Shown here piece by piece: positions 30,781 to 34,972 of a DNA stretch of 51,398 bases (within the stretch, counting starts at the first letter, position 1; every line of letters starts with the position of its first letter). This stretch comes from Patescibacteria group bacterium (GTDB lineage Bacteria > Patescibacteriota > Minisyncoccia > Minisyncoccales > GWA2-38-27), in contig JAHJSY010000002.1 in assembly GCA_018830125.1 (NCBI GenBank), positions 1 to 51,398 on the forward strand. The letters are read 5' to 3'. The position numbers and the translations under genes were made by a program. Below the pieces are notes generated by a model, which saw nothing but the letters and a program-made list of their open reading frames with translations, was not told the DNA's origin and did no database searches.

Positions 30781-30939
30781 GTAGCACATTTAAGAGAGAT
30801 CAGAGGTCCGAGGGAAAAATATGACTTTGACCCACCAGGAAAAAGCCTAGAGCCGGGCTCTCATGAAACGGCCCAACACCTGACCTTCTGATCACTTATC
30901 GAAAGCCGCAATTGTTTACACAACATTTGCGGCTTTTTT
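30781..30939 (+). ncRNA. Candidate ~160-nt structured RNA or leader of unknown class
   Basis: Lies between the promoter above and an intrinsic terminator. Long-range pairing gatcagaggtc (30799-30809) with gaccttctgatc (30882-30893). No ORF longer than 9 codons. Shares short motifs (gaggtccga, ccaacacctg) with the GC-rich island repeat. Confidence 0.35.
30904..30939 (+). terminator. Intrinsic terminator
   Basis: Stem agccgcaa / ttgcggct followed by tttttt. Confidence 0.7.
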
Positions 30940-30961
30940 CTTGATTTTAATTTTATTGTAC

Positions 30962-30990
30962 TTGACAATGCTAGATGGAGAGAATATAAA
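30962..30990 (+). promoter_or_regulatory. Cassette promoter P1 (TTGACA-17-TATAAA)
   Basis: Consensus -35, a 17-nt spacer, and a near-consensus -10, 65 nt upstream of ATG 31056. Confidence 0.55.
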
Positions 30991-31055
30991 GAAGTATTGT
31001 TTTGAATCAGTTCTTTTAAAGGTAAAGATAATTAGAGAAGAAAGGAAGGTGTCTT

Positions 31056-31811
31056 ATGTGTCGGAAAGCGTTAATGGTTATTTTGTTAGGAGTTTCTATC
31101 GCTCATACCTCAGAAGGAGAAGAAAGAATCAGGCTACTTTTAGACATACCTCTCGATCTGCAGTTCAGCACACCTTCTGTAAAAGAAGTTAGCAACGTGT
31201 TTGAATCTATCAGAAATGTGCCGATTCACGAAGATGACCCATGGGGGACACCCGGTGTAATTGCTAAAAATAGAGGGGATGCTCCCTGGATAGTCGAACT
31301 TAGATTTTTAAATCTTGGAGTAGAGGTAGATTTGGACCCAACCGTCTGGAAGAACTATTTTGACCTTAGTTGGAATATTGGCCATTGGCTTATGATTGGA
31401 TCCGATGCTCAAGAGCGTAATTACACAAATGCTCCCGGAACAGAACAGCGAGGATATGGAGCAGCTCTTACTTTTTGGACTCCTGGATATAGTCGTATTA
31501 TACCCGGCTTCAGAACAGAATTTCATTTTGAAAACAATTGGTTTGTTGGCGCTGGTTTTCGGAAGTACGACCTAGAGATTATTACAGGATATGATCGTTA
31601 CGACAAACTAAAACACAGAAGTCACACGGACATTGGCGAAATCTTTGAAACAAGCGTTTTTGTAGGGTGGAATAGAGTAGAAGATGATAGTACGGCGGGT
31701 TTCCGTGTGGGCGCTAATTTCAATAGCTATAATGGAAAAGATGGATACCGCGCCATTGATGTTGAGACGAATAAAGTTTCCTTTTTTCTATCACTCTGCC
31801 TTAGTTATTAA
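31056..31811 (+). CDS. Secreted beta-strand-rich protein of unknown function (OMP-beta-barrel-like pattern)
   Basis: SD aaggaaggtg. Signal-like MCRKALMVILLGVSIAHTSEG. Alternating hydrophobic/aromatic strands (RTEFHFENNWFVGAGFRKYDLEIITGY, AGFRVGANFNSY). C-terminal ...FFLSLCLSY ends in an aromatic residue. Confidence 0.6.
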   Translation: MCRKALMVILLGVSIAHTSEGEERIRLLLDIPLDLQFSTPSVKEVSNVFESIRNVPIHEDDPWGTPGVIAKNRGDAPWIVELRFLNLGVEVDLDPTVWKNYFDLSWNIGHWLMIGSDAQERNYTNAPGTEQRGYGAALTFWTPGYSRIIPGFRTEFHFENNWFVGAGFRKYDLEIITGYDRYDKLKHRSHTDIGEIFETSVFVGWNRVEDDSTAGFRVGANFNSYNGKDGYRAIDVETNKVSFFLSLCLSY

Positions 31812-31850
31812 ACGGCCCGAGACCCGATCTTTCGGATCTCTTGCCTCAAA

Positions 31851-31886
31851 GTCGTGACTGCTTTTCACAGCATCCACGACTTTTTT
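31851..31886 (+). terminator. Intrinsic terminator
   Basis: gtcgtg...cacgac stem followed by tttttt. Confidence 0.6.
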
Positions 31887-31887
31887 A

Positions 31888-31915
31888 TTGATTTTAAATT
31901 TAGAAAGAGTAAGGT
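31888..31915 (+). promoter_or_regulatory. Cassette promoter P2 (TTGATT-16-TAAGGT)
   Basis: The 41-nt block 31888-31928 is identical to 32915-32955 (P4). Confidence 0.5.
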
Positions 31916-31976
31916 GACAATAAAGTAAACATTGTTATTTAAAAATAGAAGATAGAATTTTTTAAGGAAATAGAAA

Positions 31977-32450
31977 ATGAAAGCTACAGTTCTTTCCACG
32001 GATTTTGTTTTAGAGATTAGCGGTGTAAGATACCGTCATCATCCAAATGGCGGAGGTCTTGTAGCGGAGACGGCCAAAGTAGCTAAAACTGCCTATGTGG
32101 GACCGTTTGCTTGGGTCCATGGCCATGTTAGGGTTCTTGATAACGTCAAGATTCTTGATTGTGCTCAAATCTTTGGCCATGTTCAACTCTCTGGCAACGT
32201 TAGGGTCTTCGATCACGCTCAGGTTTCTGGATATGCTGAGGTCTCTGGTAGTGCTTGGATCTATGGTTACGCTCAGGTCTCTAACCATGCCAAAATCTCT
32301 AGTTATGTCCGAATTTCTGGTCATGCTCGGATCCTTGACTTTGTTCAGGTCGCTGGCGATGTCCAGGTATTTGGTCATCCTCGGCTTTATGGCGGCAATC
32401 TCAAGGTCTCAGGCCAGACTCAAATCTTCGGTAAGGTTTTTCTTTCTTAA
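31977..32450 (+). CDS. Hexapeptide-repeat (left-handed beta-helix-like, YdcK-like) protein
   Basis: 17 uninterrupted hexads (GHVRVL DNVKIL DCAQIF GHVQLS GNVRVF DHAQVS GYAEVS ...) from residue 49 to 150. The DNA shows 18-nt periodicity. Confidence 0.8.
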   Translation: MKATVLSTDFVLEISGVRYRHHPNGGGLVAETAKVAKTAYVGPFAWVHGHVRVLDNVKILDCAQIFGHVQLSGNVRVFDHAQVSGYAEVSGSAWIYGYAQVSNHAKISSYVRISGHARILDFVQVAGDVQVFGHPRLYGGNLKVSGQTQIFGKVFLS

Positions 32451-32465
32451 CACAAAGTTTCCTAT

Positions 32466-32495
32466 AAGCTCTGCCATCATGGCAGAGCTTTTTTT
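32466..32495 (+). terminator. Intrinsic terminator
   Basis: Perfect 10-bp stem aagctctgcc / ggcagagctt, 5-nt loop, then a T-run. Confidence 0.8.
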
Positions 32496-32512
32496 GTGCA
32501 TCCATCGTCGGG

Positions 32513-32532
32513 CCTCTACGCAACTCTTCTTC
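32513..32532 (+). repeat. Partial copy (3-prime end only) of the GC-rich island repeat
   Basis: cctctacgcaactcttcttc is identical to the last 20 nt of the copies at 33396-33555 and 34161-34320, and sits in the same position just upstream of a TTGATT -35. Confidence 0.7.
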
Positions 32533-32543
32533 GTTATTTCAAC

Positions 32544-32572
32544 TTGATTTTCAAGTAAAATAAGGGTATTCT
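32544..32572 (+). promoter_or_regulatory. Cassette promoter P3 (TTGATT-17-TATTCT)
   Basis: Same cTTGATTTT context as the other cassette promoters. Confidence 0.45.
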
Positions 32573-32615
32573 GAAATAACGTTCATTTTTGTTCATTAAT
32601 GTAAAAGGAGACAAG

Positions 32616-32810
32616 ATGGCTCAAGAAAAAGAAGGAAAAGATATCACAGCTAGAACTGTAGGTGACTCGTTAGGCAGTTCTTATTGGGATAGAACAGACC
32701 GCATACAGAGTATGGGTCAAACGCCACTATGTTGTGGAAAGCCGATGGTTGCCGAAGATGATCATGGCAGATTCAGCTGTTCCACGTGTGGTGGTCGTAG
32801 CTCTTTTTAA
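32616..32810 (+). CDS. Small (64 aa) zinc-ribbon-like protein
   Basis: SD aaggag 5 nt before ATG 32616; the track start at 32589 is a TTG extension. Cys pairs PLCCGKPM ... FSCSTCGG. Confidence 0.6.
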   Translation: MAQEKEGKDITARTVGDSLGSSYWDRTDRIQSMGQTPLCCGKPMVAEDDHGRFSCSTCGGRSSF

Positions 32811-32833
32811 ATAATCCAAGTAGAAATTATATC

Positions 32834-32875
32834 CCCGCCAATAGGAAGCTTTCCTATTAGGCGGGTTTTTATTTT
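32834..32875 (+). terminator. Intrinsic terminator
   Basis: 14-bp interrupted stem cccgcc-aataggaa / ttcctatt-a-ggcggg followed by tttttattttt. Confidence 0.8.
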
Positions 32876-32914
32876 TATGGCACTCATGGACTATTTTTAC
32901 TTGTGCTTTTTTCC

Positions 32915-32942
32915 TTGATTTTAAATTTAGAAAGAGTAAGGT
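32915..32942 (+). promoter_or_regulatory. Cassette promoter P4 (TTGATT-16-TAAGGT)
   Basis: Identical 41-nt block to P2. Its 5-prime UTR carries a 12-nt tandem duplication (acaataaagtaa / acaataaagtga). Confidence 0.5.
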
Positions 32943-32963
32943 GACAATAAAGTAACAATAAAG

Positions 32964-32976
32964 TGAACATTGTTCA
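32964..32976. promoter_or_regulatory. 13-nt perfect palindrome TGAACA-T-TGTTCA in the P4 leader (candidate operator)
   Basis: Located between the -10 and the SD (aaggagg at 32981-87). A degenerate version (taaacattgttat) occupies the same position in the P2 leader. Confidence 0.3.
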
Positions 32977-32992
32977 TTGAAAGGAGGTTATT

Positions 32993-33343
32993 ATGCCCGG
33001 AACCAACATCTCAACACTTTGTGTGGCTTGTTGTTCAGAAGAAAATCCAGTAGACATGGCAAATAATTTCGAATGTCGAAGATGTAACGGATCAATGCAT
33101 CATGACTGTTGGAAAGCTAACGGTAAGGATCTCTGCCCCAACTGTCTTAGAAGAATAACGATAATCGAAATTTTAAGCGAAGTTCATGTGCGTAGCTCTA
33201 ACGACCCGGAAGTATTGTGCGCAGGCACTTTCCATGATTTTAATTACGACCAGAAAAACCTGTCAGAACTCAGAAAGATCCAAGCGCTTCAGAATGAGCT
33301 TTTCATGGCTTGCAGAAAAACAAAGGAAGGATGGGCGTTATAA
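32993..33343 (+). CDS. Small (116 aa) protein with a C4HC3 cross-brace-like zinc finger (PHD/RING-CH-like spacing)
   Basis: SD aaggaggt. C10-x2-C13-x14-C28-x2-C31-x4-H36-x2-C39-x8-C48-x2-C51. Confidence 0.65.
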   Translation: MPGTNISTLCVACCSEENPVDMANNFECRRCNGSMHHDCWKANGKDLCPNCLRRITIIEILSEVHVRSSNDPEVLCAGTFHDFNYDQKNLSELRKIQALQNELFMACRKTKEGWAL

Positions 33344-33371
33344 TTTAATGCCCTAAAGTAGAAAAAACTAT

Positions 33372-33400
33372 AGGTCGCGACAAATGTCAGCGACCTTTTT
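33372..33400 (+). terminator. Intrinsic terminator
   Basis: ggtcgc(gac aaat gtc a)gcgacc followed by tttttt. Confidence 0.8.
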
Positions 33401-33555
33401 TATTTCCCAAAAATCACCGCAATCATACATGTCCAACACCTGGTGTTGGACAAGGTGTTGGACAACGAAAGGTCGTTCGTAGAGAGGCCCGCCCACCGTC
33501 GGAGGTCCGCACCTCGGATAGCGATCCGAGGTCGGACCTCTACGCAACTCTTCTT
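33396..33555 (+). repeat. GC-rich structured intergenic repeat, copy A (160 nt)
   Basis: Identical to 34161-34320 except at 2 nt in a hairpin loop. Contains three GGTGTTGGACA sites and the nested hairpin gaggtccg-ca-cctcggat-agcg-atccgagg-t-cggacctc. Confidence 0.9.
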
Positions 33556-33568
33556 CTTTATTTTTAAC

Positions 33569-33597
33569 TTGCTTTTGAGCTCAAACAGGAGTAAATT
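33569..33597 (+). promoter_or_regulatory. Cassette promoter P5 (TTGCTT-17-TAAATT), apparently without its own ORF
   Basis: Same module as P6. Followed only by a 3-codon ORF and then a second promoter. Confidence 0.4.
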
Positions 33598-33680
33598 AGA
33601 CATAAAGACAATGAAAATTTAATTTGTAAAATATGGATTAAGAAAAATCGCTCCTGACCCCATTTCCACTTGATTCAGTC

Positions 33681-33709
33681 TTGACAGTGCTTTTTGATTA
33701 TTATATGAT
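33681..33709 (+). promoter_or_regulatory. Promoter TTGACA-17-TATGAT
   Basis: Consensus -35 and a good -10, 56 nt upstream of ATG 33765. Confidence 0.55.
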
Positions 33710-33764
33710 GACATTGTGGTTTTCTATTTCAGTAAATCAATTAGATCTTTTTATGAGGTGTACT

Positions 33765-34100
33765 ATGTTTACACAACCGAGCACAGAACCGATCCTTGGA
33801 GGAACAGCGATAGTGAACAGTGGCTTCGGTAATCGTTGCGTTATTTGCGGACACCACTTCGATGAATGTGGTATTTGCAACTTCGGACATTATCAGGGTA
33901 AAACTTATTACTATCCACCGGCCGAAAAGCCATCCTCAAGGAATCCTGTCGTTGCACAGGAGAAAAGCGAAGACAAAGTTGTTTGTCAGGTGTTTAGCAG
34001 TTGTCGTTGTACTATCTGCGGAAGCTATTTCGGAGATGGTGATGATATCTGCGCTAACGGCCACGAAATTGGCCAAGCATACACCAAAATAGCGAGTTAA
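33765..34100 (+). CDS. Small (111 aa) protein with two copies of a CxxCG-x2-F...C-x2-GH zinc-knuckle motif
   Basis: SD gaggtg 4 nt before ATG 33765; the track start at 33681 is the promoter's own TTG. Motifs CVICGHHFDECGICNFGH and CTICGSYFGDGDDICANGH. Confidence 0.65.
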   Translation: MFTQPSTEPILGGTAIVNSGFGNRCVICGHHFDECGICNFGHYQGKTYYYPPAEKPSSRNPVVAQEKSEDKVVCQVFSSCRCTICGSYFGDGDDICANGHEIGQAYTKIAS

Positions 34101-34136
34101 CATACTCGCCATACAAGCTTTTCAACCAAACCCAAC

Positions 34137-34165
34137 GGGCGTCAAATTAAACTGACGCCCTTTTT
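34137..34165 (+). terminator. Intrinsic terminator
   Basis: gggcgtca / tgacgccc 8-bp stem followed by ttttt. Confidence 0.8.
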
Positions 34166-34320
34166 ATTTCCCAAAAATCACCGCAATCATACATGTCCAA
34201 CACCTGGTGTTGGACAAGGTGTTGGACAACGAAAGGTCGTTCGTAGAGAGGCCCGCCCACCGTCGGAGGTCCGCACCTCGGATCGCTATCCGAGGTCGGA
34301 CCTCTACGCAACTCTTCTTC
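34161..34320 (+). repeat. GC-rich structured intergenic repeat, copy B (160 nt)
   Basis: See copy A. The loop is cgct (34284-87) instead of agcg (33519-22). Confidence 0.9.
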
Positions 34321-34329
34321 GTCATCATC

Positions 34330-34352
34330 GTCTGGACGTCCGACGTCCAGAC
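34330..34352. repeat. Perfect 9-bp hairpin gtctggacg-tccga-cgtccagac
   Basis: Part of a ~110-nt GC-rich extension present only after copy B. Confidence 0.6.
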
Positions 34353-34372
34353 TTCGACCTTGAGGAGGAGTA

Positions 34373-34399
34373 AATGAAGGAGGCTCGACCTCATTCATT
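34373..34399 (+). repeat. 27-nt copy (1 mismatch) of the terminator hairpin found at 48742-48768
   Basis: aatgaaggaggctcgacctcAttcatt vs aatgaaggaggctcgacctcCttcatt. Confidence 0.8.
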
Positions 34400-34435
34400 A
34401 CGACGGGAAAGGCCGTTCCTTGAGGAGTGATTTTC

Positions 34436-34464
34436 TTGATTTTTAAGCAAAAAGAGAGTAAATT
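34436..34464 (+). promoter_or_regulatory. Cassette promoter P6 (TTGATT-17-TAAATT)
   Basis: Same module as P5 (gagTAAATTaga). Confidence 0.5.
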
Positions 34465-34512
34465 AGAAGTATGAAGAAATGTTTTGAAAAATTTAATAAT
34501 AAAGATTAGTTC

Positions 34513-34908
34513 ATGGAAGATTATTTAATAAAGTTTATTGAATGGACAAAATTAAAAATTAGAATCCATATCAAACCCGAAGATAAGATTTATTTTCACG
34601 AACGTGAAGTTTGGTGGGCAAGTTTAGGGGCAAATATTGGTTTTGAACAAGACGGAAAAAATATTAAATTTGAAAGACCCATATTAATTTTGAGAAAATT
34701 TGGAGGAGAAATGCTTTGGGCGTTACCTATGACGACTAAAGAAAAAACTGGTAGATTTTATTACCAGTTTGAGCATAAGGGTCAAAAGTATTCAGTTATT
34801 TTATCTCAATTAAGATTGATAAGTAGCAAGAGGCTGTTGCGTAAAATTAGAACTTTTCCAGAAGACGATTTCAAAAAAGTAAGGAATAGAATAAGAAGAT
34901 TGTTATAA
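34513..34908 (+). CDS. PemK/MazF-family toxin-like protein (mRNA interferase fold)
   Basis: REVWWASLGANIGFEQDGKNIKFERPILIL matches the MazF/PemK core (G-x-hW.v.lg...G.EQ.G..RPvLvl). AT-rich and without an SD, unlike the other island genes. No antitoxin ORF is visible. Confidence 0.7.
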   Translation: MEDYLIKFIEWTKLKIRIHIKPEDKIYFHEREVWWASLGANIGFEQDGKNIKFERPILILRKFGGEMLWALPMTTKEKTGRFYYQFEHKGQKYSVILSQLRLISSKRLLRKIRTFPEDDFKKVRNRIRRLL

Positions 34909-34966
34909 AAAACGATCCCCGTATTTTCAAAGAAAATGCGGGGTCTCGGAGCCCGAAGGCCAATAT
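34908..34966 (-). ncRNA. Candidate ~60-nt small RNA convergent with the toxin gene
   Basis: Minus-strand promoter at 34973-35001. On the minus strand the transcript would contain gcc-UUCG-ggc, and it ends in the hairpin ccccgcattttc-ttt-gaaaatacgggg followed by atcgtttttt. Confidence 0.35.
34917..34943 (-). terminator. Hairpin with a T-run only on the minus strand (terminator for the candidate sRNA; may also stop the toxin transcript)
   Basis: 12-bp stem with one G-T pair. A-run on the plus-strand 5-prime side. Confidence 0.55.
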
Positions 34967-34972
34967 GTTTGT

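Noticed and set aside
30781-30939. Identification of the candidate RNA as SRP RNA, a guanidine-I (ykkC) riboswitch or a c-di-GMP riboswitch, because of GGUCCGAGGG, AAAAGCC and CCGGGC strings.
   Set aside because: The order and context of the motifs do not match the consensus architectures I remember. There is no GNAR tetraloop/AGCA loops of SRP, and no CUAGGGUUCCG...ACGG-CGGG-AUAAAAGCCCGGGAGA arrangement of ykkC. An Rfam scan is needed, so I assign no class.
30941-31192. ORF 30941..31192 (83 aa) overlapping the start of the secreted-protein gene.
   Set aside because: It starts at a TTG inside the promoter region and has no RBS. It overlaps the better-supported ORF 31056..31811, which has an SD and a signal peptide.
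32010-32547. Long ORFs overlapping the hexapeptide-repeat gene (32010..32378 minus, 32095..32547 plus).
   Set aside because: They are by-products of the 18-nt periodic DNA, which avoids stop codons in several frames. Only 31977..32450 has a promoter, an RBS-like site, a terminator directly after its stop, and a sensible repeat protein.
32964-32976. LexA/Cheo (SOS) box.
   Set aside because: The Cheo box is GAAC-N4-GTTC. Here the spacing is GAAC-N3-GTTC, and no SOS genes are nearby.
33820-34092. Alternative-frame ORF 33820..34092 inside the duplicated zinc-knuckle gene.
   Set aside because: No RBS and a low-complexity product. The 33765 frame has an SD and an internally repeated Cys/His motif.
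33396-34320. Integron attC sites: GTCCAAC / GTTGGAC fit RYYYAAC / GTTRRRY, and the repeats follow cassette ORFs.
   Set aside because: - No integrase, attI or Pc is present.
- The cassettes carry their own promoters, unlike integron cassettes.
- The palindrome is only 23 bp, without the bulged attC architecture.
- Only two of the six junctions carry the full element.

I keep this only as a loose analogy.
33400-34398. Minus-strand ORFs across the 160-nt repeats (33400..33603, 34164..34394, 34147..34398) sharing the peptide ...VEVRPRIAIRGADLRRWAGLSTNDLSLSNTLSNTRCWTCMIAVIFGK.
   Set aside because: - They have different N-termini and no RBS or promoter.
- They run antisense through the neighbouring terminators and promoters.
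- The inverted third copy (35091..35309 ORF) is read from the opposite strand of the element, so no homologous protein results.

The open frames are most simply explained by GC-rich, stop-poor repeat DNA. The two differences between the copies are synonymous in this frame, so coding is not absolutely excluded.
34471-34509. 12-codon ORF (MKKCFEKFNNKD) upstream of the PemK/MazF-like gene as an antitoxin.
   Set aside because: It is far too short for any known MazE/PemI-type antitoxin and has no RBS. It probably lies within the 5-prime UTR by chance.
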